Part shown: positions 31,822 to 42,800 of the stretch, piece after piece | Numbering within the stretch: the first letter of the stretch is position 1 | Layout of the letters: every line of letters starts with the position of its first letter | Assembly: GCA_965214095.1 (NCBI GenBank) | Contig: OZ243938.1 | Location: forward strand, 1,728,001-1,792,000 | DNA length: 64,000 nt | Reading direction: 5' to 3' | DNA from: Candidatus Poribacteria bacterium | GTDB lineage: Bacteria; Poribacteria; WGA-4E; WGA-3G | Translations under genes and position numbers: made by a program | Notes under the pieces: model-generated | The model's input: the letters and a program-made list of their open reading frames with translations, nothing else | Told to the model about the DNA's origin: nothing | The model's database searches: none

Positions 31822-34251
31822 ATGAACACATACATTCTAAAACAAAAAAGTTTTGTATTCATACTGGTTACCATTTTGATGGTTACCCTTGGGACGCAAA
31901 GTATCAGTTACGGACAGGAAGCAAACCCAACAATCACAGCATCTGTTGAAGTGCCATTGACGGAAGCAAATCTTAATGAGCAAACAGTTACAATTACGCT
32001 TGCAGGAGCATCGTTTGAACGTTCCACTTTTGACATTAGAGATGGTGTATCTGTATCAGGCATAACAAGCGTGACAATCCCGTGGCACGACCCGGATAGA
32101 GAAAGTGATATAGAAATCACGCTTGAACTTGAATTTGCTGGCACGGATTTTGATACCGATGCCACGCTTACCTTCACCGTGGAAGCAAGTGCTATCGCAG
32201 GATACAATGGAAACGCGCTCACTGCAACACTACCTGTCACTGCCATTGAGGAATCCCTGACCGCATCAACAGAGGCACCCTTAACAGAGGCAAACTTGGA
32301 CGGCAGCATCGTCACACTTACACTCAGCGGTGGCACGTACGAGCAGTGGATCAGCAGCTCTGCTGTGACATTCTCCGGCATTGAGGGTGTTACTTTTGAC
32401 AGATGGGATGTTGAGCGTATCAGCGACACGGAGGTGACAATTGAACTTGAATTTGCTGGCACGGATTTTGATACCGATGCCACGCTTACCTTCACCGTGG
32501 GAGCAAGTGCTATCGCAGGATACAATGGAAACGCGCTCACTGCAACACTACCTGTCACTGCCATTGAGGAATCCCTGACCGCATCAACAGAGGCACCCTT
32601 AACAGAGGCAAACTTGGACGGCAGCATCGTCACACTTACACTCAGCGGTGGCACGTACGAGCAGTGGATCAGCAGCTCTGCTGTGACATTCTCCGGCATT
32701 GAGGGTGTCACAGTTAGGCGTTTCTCCCGTCCTGATCGCGTCAGCGATACCGAAATGACAATTGAACTGAGATTCTCTGGCAACATAGATATAGATACAA
32801 ATCTTGTCTTTACAGTAGGAGCAAAGGCAATAAAAGAATACAATGGAGATCCTCTCATTGCGACACTACCTGTCACTGCCATTGAGGAATCCCTGACCGC
32901 ATCAACGGAGGCACCCTTGACAGAGGCAACGCTGGACGGCAGCATTGTCACACTTACACTCAGCGGGAGGCGGTTTGTTGATAGCGAATGGCAAATCGGA
33001 CACGCAATATCAGTCTCCGGTATAGACGGTGCCACTTTTGTACGGTGGTATGTGGACCGTATAAGCGACACAGAAGTGATAGTTCCGCTTAATTTTGATG
33101 GCACTGACTTTGATACCGATGCAACGCTGACCTTTACCGTCGGAGCAGACGCAATCACAGGTTACAATAAGGATATCACTGCCGAAGTCCCCATCACTGC
33201 GATTCAGCAATCGAACGCCAGTGTGAGTATTTCGCCCGCATCGATTATATCTCCTGATGTCGGAAAGCCTCTCACACTCAATCTCAACATTGCAGGCGGA
33301 GAAAATGTCGTAGGCTATCAGGCAACTATATCCTTTAGAGCTACCGCGATCAATTATATGAGAAGTACCAACGGCAACTATCTACCAGCAGACGCGTTCT
33401 TTATGCCCCCGGTTGTCAATATAGGACGTTGGGAAGGAAGTGTGACACTTGCCGCGAGCACATTCGCAGAGCCAAGTAATGGTGACGGCACACTTGCCAC
33501 TCTCACGTTTGTGGTTGAAGACTTTAAAGCCTCTACGTTGACGCTATCCGATGTCTACCTTGTAGATACAGAGGGGAAACGTTGGGAAGTTACAACAGAA
33601 AGTGCGGAAGTGACGATACCGCCAGAACCCGAAAATGCAATCTTGGGTGATATCAACCGTGATGGTGTGGTCAACATCCAAGATTTAGTTATTGTTAACG
33701 TCCGTTTCGGTCAGACAGGCATAAATAGTGCGGATATCAACGGTGATTATATCGTCAACATCATTGATCTCGTCTTGGTTGCTGGGGCATTCGGAAACGG
33801 GGTTGCTGCCCCCGCTCTGTCCCCGCAATCTTTAGAGATGCTTACCGCAGCAGACATCCAACGGTGGCTCTCCCAAGCACAGCAATTACAACTTACAGAC
33901 TCAATGTCGCTAAGAGGTATTCTCTTTTTACAACAACTCCTTGCAGCGTTGATTCCCGAAGAAAGTGCGCTTTTACCGAACTATCCGAATCCGTTCAATC
34001 CAGAGACGTGGATACCGTATCGGCTGTCCAAACCTGCGGATGTTACACTCACTATCTACGCAGTAGACGGGCAAATTGTCCGGCGATTGGCACTCGGACA
34101 TCAACCTGCGGGCATCTATCAAAGCCGTTCCCGGGCAGCGCATTGGGATGGTAAAAACGCATTCGGTGAATCTGTGGCGAGTGGAATCTATTTCTATACG
34201 CTTACTGCAGGTGATTTTTCTGCAACACGCAGAATGTTAATAATGAAGTAA
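31822..34251 (+). CDS. Secreted protein: 4 PLTEATL repeats + cohesin + dockerin + CTD
   Basis: AAGGAG RBS; signal peptide; ~106-aa repeats; GYQAT..F cohesin; DINRDG dockerin; CTD. Confidence 0.9.
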   Translation: MNTYILKQKSFVFILVTILMVTLGTQSISYGQEANPTITASVEVPLTEANLNEQTVTITLAGASFERSTFDIRDGVSVSGITSVTIPWHDPDRESDIEITLELEFAGTDFDTDATLTFTVEASAIAGYNGNALTATLPVTAIEESLTASTEAPLTEANLDGSIVTLTLSGGTYEQWISSSAVTFSGIEGVTFDRWDVERISDTEVTIELEFAGTDFDTDATLTFTVGASAIAGYNGNALTATLPVTAIEESLTASTEAPLTEANLDGSIVTLTLSGGTYEQWISSSAVTFSGIEGVTVRRFSRPDRVSDTEMTIELRFSGNIDIDTNLVFTVGAKAIKEYNGDPLIATLPVTAIEESLTASTEAPLTEATLDGSIVTLTLSGRRFVDSEWQIGHAISVSGIDGATFVRWYVDRISDTEVIVPLNFDGTDFDTDATLTFTVGADAITGYNKDITAEVPITAIQQSNASVSISPASIISPDVGKPLTLNLNIAGGENVVGYQATISFRATAINYMRSTNGNYLPADAFFMPPVVNIGRWEGSVTLAASTFAEPSNGDGTLATLTFVVEDFKASTLTLSDVYLVDTEGKRWEVTTESAEVTIPPEPENAILGDINRDGVVNIQDLVIVNVRFGQTGINSADINGDYIVNIIDLVLVAGAFGNGVAAPALSPQSLEMLTAADIQRWLSQAQQLQLTDSMSLRGILFLQQLLAALIPEESALLPNYPNPFNPETWIPYRLSKPADVTLTIYAVDGQIVRRLALGHQPAGIYQSRSRAAHWDGKNAFGESVASGIYFYTLTAGDFSATRRMLIMK

Positions 34252-34287
34252 TGTACTTGTAGTTGCGCAATTAATAAGGAGTATTTT

Positions 34288-37200
34288 ATGAACACACGGG
34301 GTTCTAAAGCAAAAGGTATTGTATTCATTCTGGTCACAATTTTGATGGTTACCTTTGGAACACAAAGCATCAGTTACGGACAGGAAGCAAACCCAACCAT
34401 CACAGTTTCTGTTGAAGCACCACTGACAGAAGCAACACTACATGAAAGCGTCATCACACTCACTCTCAGCGGCGGACGGTTTACCGATAGGGAATGGGAT
34501 ATTAGGGATGCATTGACGATATCTGGTATTGAAGGTATCACGATTGTCAGGTGGCCTTTTTTAAATCGCGTGAGTGCCACGGAGGTGACCGTTCCATTGA
34601 TATTTGATGGCAACATAGACACCGATGCCACCCTTACTGTCACCGTGGGGGCAGGCGCAATCGTAGATTACAATGGAAACGCGCTTACTGCAACACTACC
34701 TGTCACAGCCGTTGAGGAATCGCTGGAGGCATCAACGGAGGCACCCTTGACAGAGGCAACACTGCACGGAAGTACAATCACACTCACACTCACCGGGAGA
34801 CGGTTTGTTGATGAATGGTATATCGACGACGCTTTGTCACTCTCCGGTATTGAAGGAGTTACTGTTAGTAGTAGTTACCCCGGTGTGGAGCGTGTCAGCG
34901 ACACGGTGGCGACCGTTTATCTTGCATTCTCCGGCAACATAGACACCGATGCCACCCTCACCCTCACTGTCGGTCCGGATGCCATAGTAGGCGGATACGA
35001 TAAAGCCTTTACTTTTCAATTCCCTGTCACAGCAGTTGAGGAATCGCTGGAGGCATCAACGGAAGCACCTTTGACAGAGGCAATGCTGAATGGAGGCATC
35101 AACGTAGCCCTCTCTCTCACCGGACGGCGGTTTACCGATAGGGAATGGGGTATTGAACGCGCGTTGTCTGTCTCTGGCATTGAGGGTGTTACTGTTGGAC
35201 AGAGATTTAGGGATGTGGAGCGTGTGAGCGACACGGAAGTGAAGGTTAGGTTGACCTTCTCTGGTAACATTGACGAGGATGCCACCCTCACCCTCACCGT
35301 CGGTGCCGAGGCCATCGCAGGCTACGATAAAGCCTTTACTTTTCAATTCCCTGTCACAGCAGTTGAGGAATCGCTGGAGGCATCAACGGAGGCACCCTTG
35401 ACAGAGGCAATGCTGAACGGAGGCATCATCACACTCAAACTCACCGGGAGGCGGTTTGTTGATGAATATTATATCAGACGCGCGTTGTCACTCTCCGGCA
35501 TTGAAGGTGTTACTCTTGCTGAGTACGATGCTGTCCAACGTGTGAACGGCACGGTAGCAATTATTGAGCTTGAATTTGCCGGCAACATTGACGAGGATGC
35601 CACTCTCACCCTCACCGTGGATGCCGATGCCATAGGCTATGATAAAGATTTTACCTTTCAACTCCCAGTCACAGCCGTTGAGGAATCACTGGAGACATCA
35701 ACGGAGGCACCCTTGACAGAGGCAATGCTGAACGGGGGCATCATCACACTCAAACTCACCGGGAGGCGGTTTGTTGATGAATATTATATCAGACGCGCGT
35801 TGTCACTCTCCGGCATTGAAGGTGTTACTCTTGCTGAGTACGATGCTGTCCAACGCGTGAGCGACACGGTAGCAATTATTGAGCTTGAATTTGTCGGCAA
35901 CATTGACGAGGATGCCACCCTCACCCTCACCGTCGGTCTGGAGGCCATGGGATACAATAAAGCCTTTACCTTTCAACTCCCAGTCACAGCCGTTGAGGAA
36001 TCACTGACCGCATCAACGGAGTTTCCCTTGACAGAAGCGACGCTGGATGGCAGTACTATCACCTTCTCACTCAGCGGACGGCGGTTTGCTGATAGAGAGT
36101 ATGACCAAGAAGATGATTTGTCAGTCTCCGGCATTGACGGAGTTAGAGTAGTCTATAGTGAGCGCGTGAGCGATACAGAGATAGCAGTTTGGCTCAGATT
36201 TGATAGCACTGACTTTGATACCGATGCTACGCTTACCTTTACTGTCGGGGCAAGTGTGGCAAACTATAATAAGCCGTTCACTGCTCAAGTTCCCGTTACC
36301 GCGATACAGAATACAAACGCCACTGTGAGCATATCTCCTTCACAAGTCATTTCTCCGAATATCGGAGAACCGCTCACACTCAATCTCAATATCATTGGTG
36401 GAAAAAACATTGCCGGCTATCAGGCAACCGTGTTGTTTGATGATTCTACCCTTGAATATATAGAAAGTGCCAACGGCGACTACCTACCAGTGGACGCGTT
36501 CTTTTTAACAAACTACTATAGTTGGAACGATGATGAGGTGACGCTGACCGCGAGCACACTCACTGAGGCGGCGAATGGTGATGGGACACTTGCCACCCTC
36601 ACATTTGAGGTCGTCGACTTTAAGCCATCCACGGTGACCCTATCCGAAGTTTATCTTGTAGATGCAAATGGAAAACGTTGGGAAGTTACGACGGAAAATG
36701 GGGCAGTGACAATACCACCAGAACCCGAGAATGCAATCTTGGGGGATCTCAACCGAGATGGCGTGGTCAACATCCAAGATTTGGTTATTGTCAGCGTCCA
36801 TTTCGGACAGAGGGGGCAAAACAGCGCGGATGTCAACGGTGATCATCTGGTAGATATTGTTGACCTTGTCCTCGTGGCAAGTGCAGTTAACGCAGCAGCT
36901 GCACCACCGTTGAATCCACAGGCTTTGAAATCGCTCACCGCAGGTGATGTTCAAAGTTGGCTTTCCCAAGCACGACAATTAACATTTACTGATCTTGCAT
37001 ACCTACGCGGAATTACCGTGCTGGAACAACTCCTAAAAACGTTGACACCGAAAAAGACCATACTATTGCCTAATTATCCCAATCCATTCAATCCGGAAAC
37101 ATGGATACCGTATCATTTATCCAACGATGTAGACGTGCAGATATCCATTTACAATACCAAAGGTGTGTTAGTACGTCAATTGGATTTAGGGCATCGGATG

Positions 37201-37344
37201 GCTGGCTACTATATAGATCGGACAAAAGCAGCATATTGGGATGGTAAAAACGAGTTCGGTGAGCAGGTGGCAAGCGGCGTGTATTTCTACCACTTGTCCG
37301 CCGGAAAATATTCCGCTACGCGGAAAATGTTAATTCTGAAGTAA
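34288..37344 (+). CDS. Secreted protein: 6 PLTEATL repeats + cohesin + dockerin + CTD
   Basis: Paralog of 31822; repeats 4 and 5 are a recent 315-bp tandem duplication. Confidence 0.9.
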   Translation: MNTRGSKAKGIVFILVTILMVTFGTQSISYGQEANPTITVSVEAPLTEATLHESVITLTLSGGRFTDREWDIRDALTISGIEGITIVRWPFLNRVSATEVTVPLIFDGNIDTDATLTVTVGAGAIVDYNGNALTATLPVTAVEESLEASTEAPLTEATLHGSTITLTLTGRRFVDEWYIDDALSLSGIEGVTVSSSYPGVERVSDTVATVYLAFSGNIDTDATLTLTVGPDAIVGGYDKAFTFQFPVTAVEESLEASTEAPLTEAMLNGGINVALSLTGRRFTDREWGIERALSVSGIEGVTVGQRFRDVERVSDTEVKVRLTFSGNIDEDATLTLTVGAEAIAGYDKAFTFQFPVTAVEESLEASTEAPLTEAMLNGGIITLKLTGRRFVDEYYIRRALSLSGIEGVTLAEYDAVQRVNGTVAIIELEFAGNIDEDATLTLTVDADAIGYDKDFTFQLPVTAVEESLETSTEAPLTEAMLNGGIITLKLTGRRFVDEYYIRRALSLSGIEGVTLAEYDAVQRVSDTVAIIELEFVGNIDEDATLTLTVGLEAMGYNKAFTFQLPVTAVEESLTASTEFPLTEATLDGSTITFSLSGRRFADREYDQEDDLSVSGIDGVRVVYSERVSDTEIAVWLRFDSTDFDTDATLTFTVGASVANYNKPFTAQVPVTAIQNTNATVSISPSQVISPNIGEPLTLNLNIIGGKNIAGYQATVLFDDSTLEYIESANGDYLPVDAFFLTNYYSWNDDEVTLTASTLTEAANGDGTLATLTFEVVDFKPSTVTLSEVYLVDANGKRWEVTTENGAVTIPPEPENAILGDLNRDGVVNIQDLVIVSVHFGQRGQNSADVNGDHLVDIVDLVLVASAVNAAAAPPLNPQALKSLTAGDVQSWLSQARQLTFTDLAYLRGITVLEQLLKTLTPKKTILLPNYPNPFNPETWIPYHLSNDVDVQISIYNTKGVLVRQLDLGHRMAGYYIDRTKAAYWDGKNEFGEQVASGVYFYHLSAGKYSATRKMLILK

Positions 37345-37364
37345 TTCAAAGGAGACTGAACCTT

Positions 37365-39785
37365 ATGAAAAGAAGAACCTTTTCCATTTTAATCACACTT
37401 ATTTTTTTAACCATCGGTTTACAAACCATTCCCGCGCAAGTCATCTTTGAACATGGTGATAGTGTTCTTTCAGTGGCGTTTTCGCCGGTGGACAATACAC
37501 TGCTTGCTTCAGGATCATCAGATGGCACGGTCAAACTATGGAATGTAGAGACCCAAACAGAAATCGCGACACTTGAGGGACATACCGCTTGGATAATGTC
37601 TATCGCTTTTTCACCCAACGGCATGTTGCTTGCTTCCGGGGCACCAGATGGGACGGTGAAACTATGGGATGTGAATACGCACACAAATATCACTACACTT
37701 GAATGGCATGCAAAGGCGGTTTCTTCAGTAGCGTTTTCACCAGATGGCACAACCCTCGCCGCCGGGGCATCAGATGGGACTATCAAGTTATGGGATGTAG
37801 AGACGCATCAAAATACCGCTACATTTGGCGGTTACGATGATGCTACCGTGGATGCTCTAGTTGCCATAGAGAATCAGAGAAATTGGTGGACACCTGTGTC
37901 GTTTTTGTCCAATACAACTCTCGCCGCTGGGTCAGGGGATAGGATCAAGTTGTGGGATATTACGACTGAAGAAAATATCAAGACCTTTGAGGTGCCTGGA
38001 GACCTTGTCATTTCTATGTCGTGTTCGCCGGATGGCACAACCCTCGCCGCCGGAACAATTAATAATCTCATCAGGTTATGGGATGTTGCGACCGGTACAA
38101 ATACTACCACCTTTCCATCAGTAGCAGCGCGTCGTGTATGGTTTCCACTTCCGCCTTTTACTATATCGTTTTCACCCGATGGAGCACAGCTTGCATTTAC
38201 GTCTAACGGTGTGAGACTGTGGAACATTGAAACTGGCACAGAGACGAATTTCCTGATAGGGCACAGGGATTTTATCCGATCTGTATCCTTTTCACCTGAT
38301 GGATCAATACTTGCATCCGGGGCACAGGATGGCACAGTGGGGTTATCGGACCCGTCGTCCGTTGAGACAGGACTTGTCGCATCAACAACGTCTCCATTGA
38401 CAGAAACAACCCTTTATCGAAACTTCGTTACACTCACACTCAACGGTCATCAGTTTGTTGAGAGTGAATCGGATATCGAAGACGCAATTTACGTAATTTG
38501 GGGCTTCGATTTTGACGGTGTTGCTTTTAGACCGAGGGTTGTGTATCGCATTAGTGACACGGAAGTGGCAATTCAACTTGCATTAGATGTCGCCGACTTT
38601 GACACCGATGCAAGGTTTACCATCATCGTGGACGGCGACGCAATAGTAAGTCCCGGTCCTGATTTCATTGTCCCTGGCTTCTCTGTACAAGTTCCTGTCC
38701 GTGCGACACCGGAATCGAACGCTACCGTGAGCATTACCCCGTCGACGGTTGTCCCCCCTGCTGTCGGAGAGGCGTTAACATTCAGTCTCAATATTGCAGG
38801 CGGAGAAAACGTCGTGGGCTATCAAGCAACCGTATTATTTGATCCAACCGCGCTCGACTATGTGAGAAGTGACAATAGCGACTACCTATTAGCGGACACG
38901 TTCATTGCGAATCCAGTTGTCGATTACTACTGGATAGAAGAAACGTACTTTGATGAAGGACGTCCGGAAGGCAGTGTGACACTTGCCGCAAACACACTCG
39001 CTGGTGCAGCAAACGGGGACGGTACACTTGCTACCCTCACATTCAAAGGTGTTGACTTTAAAGCATCCACGGTGACTTTAGGCCAATTCTATCTCGTAGA
39101 TACGGCAGGAAAACTTTGGGAAGCTACTATTGAAAATGCTGAGATAATTTTGCCACCAGAACCTGCAAAAAAAATCTTGGGGGATCTCAACCGCGATGGT
39201 GTCGTGAACATTCAAGATTTGGCAATCGTTGGTGCCCATCTCGGTCGGAGAGGACACAACAGTGCGGATATTAACGGTGATGGTCTCGTGGATATCGTTG
39301 ATCTTGTCCTCGTGGCAAACGAAATCGGTGCAAATGCAGCTGCACCATCGTTGAATCCACAGATATTGGAACAACTCACCGCCGCGGATGTCAAAAGGTG
39401 GTTAAATCAGGCACGGCAACTATCGCTTACGGATCCGGCATACCTACGCGGTATTACCGTGTTGGAACAACTCCTTATGGCACTAACTCCCAAAGAGACA
39501 GTGCTATTACCAAACTACCCGAATCCGTTCAACCCAGAGACGTGGATACCGTATCACTTGGCGAAGGATGCGGATGTCACACTGCATATCTATGCTGTGA
39601 ACGGCACATTGGTACGGACGTTGACGCTTGGACATCAACCTGCGGGGATGTATCAGAACCGCAGTCGTGCGGCGTATTGGGATGGCAGAAACGAAACGGG
39701 TGAATCTGTGGCAAGTGGTGTGTATTTCTATACATTCACCGCAGGCGATTTCATTGCTACGCGCAAGATGTTGATACGGAAATAA
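37365..39785 (+). CDS. Secreted protein: WD40 propeller + 1 PLTEATL repeat + cohesin + dockerin + CTD
   Basis: ~7 WD repeats, LVASTTSPLTETTL repeat, dockerin DLNRDG, CTD. Confidence 0.9.
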   Translation: MKRRTFSILITLIFLTIGLQTIPAQVIFEHGDSVLSVAFSPVDNTLLASGSSDGTVKLWNVETQTEIATLEGHTAWIMSIAFSPNGMLLASGAPDGTVKLWDVNTHTNITTLEWHAKAVSSVAFSPDGTTLAAGASDGTIKLWDVETHQNTATFGGYDDATVDALVAIENQRNWWTPVSFLSNTTLAAGSGDRIKLWDITTEENIKTFEVPGDLVISMSCSPDGTTLAAGTINNLIRLWDVATGTNTTTFPSVAARRVWFPLPPFTISFSPDGAQLAFTSNGVRLWNIETGTETNFLIGHRDFIRSVSFSPDGSILASGAQDGTVGLSDPSSVETGLVASTTSPLTETTLYRNFVTLTLNGHQFVESESDIEDAIYVIWGFDFDGVAFRPRVVYRISDTEVAIQLALDVADFDTDARFTIIVDGDAIVSPGPDFIVPGFSVQVPVRATPESNATVSITPSTVVPPAVGEALTFSLNIAGGENVVGYQATVLFDPTALDYVRSDNSDYLLADTFIANPVVDYYWIEETYFDEGRPEGSVTLAANTLAGAANGDGTLATLTFKGVDFKASTVTLGQFYLVDTAGKLWEATIENAEIILPPEPAKKILGDLNRDGVVNIQDLAIVGAHLGRRGHNSADINGDGLVDIVDLVLVANEIGANAAAPSLNPQILEQLTAADVKRWLNQARQLSLTDPAYLRGITVLEQLLMALTPKETVLLPNYPNPFNPETWIPYHLAKDADVTLHIYAVNGTLVRTLTLGHQPAGMYQNRSRAAYWDGRNETGESVASGVYFYTFTAGDFIATRKMLIRK

Positions 39786-39879
39786 ACCTTATCAACTAAA
39801 CACGGAAGGGTGGAAGATAACACCCTTCCCTTCAATAATCTGACTGCACATAGCGATAGAAATTAATCAAAAGGAGATT

Positions 39880-42800
39880 ATGATGAAAACGGTATTCGGA
39901 AAACAAAAAAATCTTATTTCTATTTTAGTGACCTGTTTGATAATGTTAATGCTGCACGTCACGAGTTTTGATGCGGCACCCGCTGCAGGTGGTATCTGTC
40001 AAGTTGGGGATACTATTGCCCCTGGTGAGAGTTGCACTTACCCCGACACCACTACGGAGTTTTCTGTCAACGCAAGCGGAACTGGACAATTCTTATTCTT
40101 GAGTGCTGCCAATAACCTCAACCTTGAAGACACAACAATTAATGGTGTGACCTATACGTTTGTTGCTAAGAAACTCGCCAGTGGCTCATGGAAAATAGAA
40201 CAGATCGGGACAGATCCTGGAACAACGAACACTGCGCCTGTATTTACTGATGGCACCAGCACGACGCGTTCTGTAGCAGAAAACACTGCAGCGAATACAA
40301 ATATCGGCACGGCTATCGCTGCCACAGATGCGGATAACGATACGCTCACCTATACCCTCGGTGGCACGGATGCGGCATCGTTTGGCATTGTCAGCACATC
40401 TGGACAACTGCAAACAAAAGCAGCCTTAGATTATGAAACCAAAACATCTTATTCCGTAACAATCACCGTTTCTGATGGGAATAGCGGCAGCGATAGTATT
40501 ACCGTCACCATCAACGTCACAGATGTGAATGAAACGATCATCATATCGAGTCGGTTTGTGCCAGTTGCTGATCGCACCCTGGAGGTGCGCGATGCTATCG
40601 TTGCAGCGGTACCCAACGTGACAGATGCTGCGAAAGTTACCAAAGCACAAGTTGCCGCTATCACAAGCCTCAATTTACGAAATGCGGGCATTATCGCACT
40701 AAAAGCAGGCGATTTCTCGGGTATGACCGCGCTCACCTCACTCAATCTATACAACAATCAACTGAGTAGCTTGCCGAATAGGATTTTTGAAGGGCTAACA
40801 TCGCTAACAACAGTGCGATTAGGCAGAAACGCTGTTGATCCGTTACCGTTTATCGTATCGTTGGAAAAAGTTGCTGATGGTGAGTTCAAAGCGGTAGCCC
40901 CTGCGGTTGCGCTGTTCAACATCGTCCTACCGATTACTGTAACAAATGGAAGTGTCACAGGTGGTGCGACCACGGTCACCATTCCGCGCGGTAGTATGGT
41001 GAGTGACACACTTGCGGTCACCCGTACCGCTGGCACAACAGCACATGTCACCGTGGATATTGAGGCATTCCCCAATCTGCCGCACAATCATTACGGGTAT
41101 ACACTTGCCAAATCTGGTAACCTACCACTGATTATCATCCGTGGCACCAATACGGCACCCGTGTTTACGAATGGCACCAGCACGACGCGTTCTGTAGCAG
41201 AAAATACCGCATCCAACACGAATATCGGTTCTCCTGTATCAGCAACAGATGCTGACCGCGATACCCTCACATATCGCCTCGGTGGCATAGATGCATCCAC
41301 GTTCAACATCGTCAGCACATCTGGGCAACTGCAAACAAAAGCAGCCTTAGACTATGAGACCAAGATATCCTATTCTGTTACCGTCTCTGTCTTTGATGGC
41401 AACGGTGGCAGTAATAGTATCGCTGTGAGGATCAATGTCACCGATGTCCGAGAGAACAGCGCGCCTGTGTTCACGGAAGGCAGCACTGCTACCCGTTCTG
41501 TAGCAGAGAATACCGCAGCGGGACAACACATCGGCACGGCGGTGGCTGCCACGGATGCAGATGGCAACACCTTAGCATATACACTCGGTGGCACAGATGC
41601 TGCCTCATTTGGTATTGACAGAACCACTGGACACCTCAAAACCAAAGCCTCGCTTGACTATGAAACCAAAACCACCTATACCGTGACTATCACCGTTTCC
41701 GATGGAACACTGACAGATACGATCACTGTTACCATTAACGTTACCGATATAACTGAGAACCGCGCGCCTGTGTTCACGGAAAGCAGCACTGCTACCCGTT
41801 CTGTAGCAGAGAATACCGCAGCGGGACAACACATCGGCACGGCGGTGGCTGCCACGGATGCAGATGGCAACACCTTAGCATATACACTCGGTGGCACAGA
41901 TGCTGCCTCATTTGGTATTGACAGAACCACTGGACACCTCAAAACCAAAGCCTCGCTTGACTATGAAACCAAAACCACCTATACCGTGACTATCACCGTT
42001 TCCGATGGAACACTGACAGATACGATCACTGTTACCATTAACGTTACCGATGTTGATGAATCGCTTGATACACCGAGTGAAAGCAGTTATGACCATATAG
42101 AAGGTCCTTGGCTCTGGATGATCGCCGCCGGTGGAAATATAAACACTGATAATCTCTCCGAAGCAAGCGATGGCGTGATTACGGAGGCGCAAATTGCACA
42201 AAACGGTGTTAATGAGGATGATCACTTTAACGAGCTGCAATGGACAAGTGGACGTTTACTTCCAACAACTGTTTGTGGGATTTTCTTATGTTCTTCAGAT
42301 AATGTCATCAACGTCGTCAGAAAGATCGGACTCACCAATAGTAATCAACTCAGTTATTACTCTGCTTATGCCTTTATTAACATTTACTCTCCACGCGATC
42401 AAAACAATGTTTTAATGGGTGTAGGGAGCGATGATTCTATCAAAGTGTGGCTGAATGGTTCAGTTGTTTACAAAAACGATATTTCAAGAAGGACAACAGG
42501 GATCCAAAACCGGTTCCGTGTAAATCTGAATGCCGGTAACAATCTACTGTTCGTTAAAGTTTGCAATCATGGTCTTCCGGGTTTCAATGATGATTGGGGC
42601 ATGTTTTTTAAGATCTACCTTGACACGCAGGATTACACCATATCTCTTCCAATGAAGGATATTGAAAATACTGCCCCGGTGTTTACCGAAGGGAGCAGCA
42701 CCGCCCGTTCTGTGGCAGAGAATACTGTCTCTGGGTTAGGCATCGGCACTGCAGTTTCCGCAACGGATGCTAACAATTACACACTCACCTATAGCCTCGG

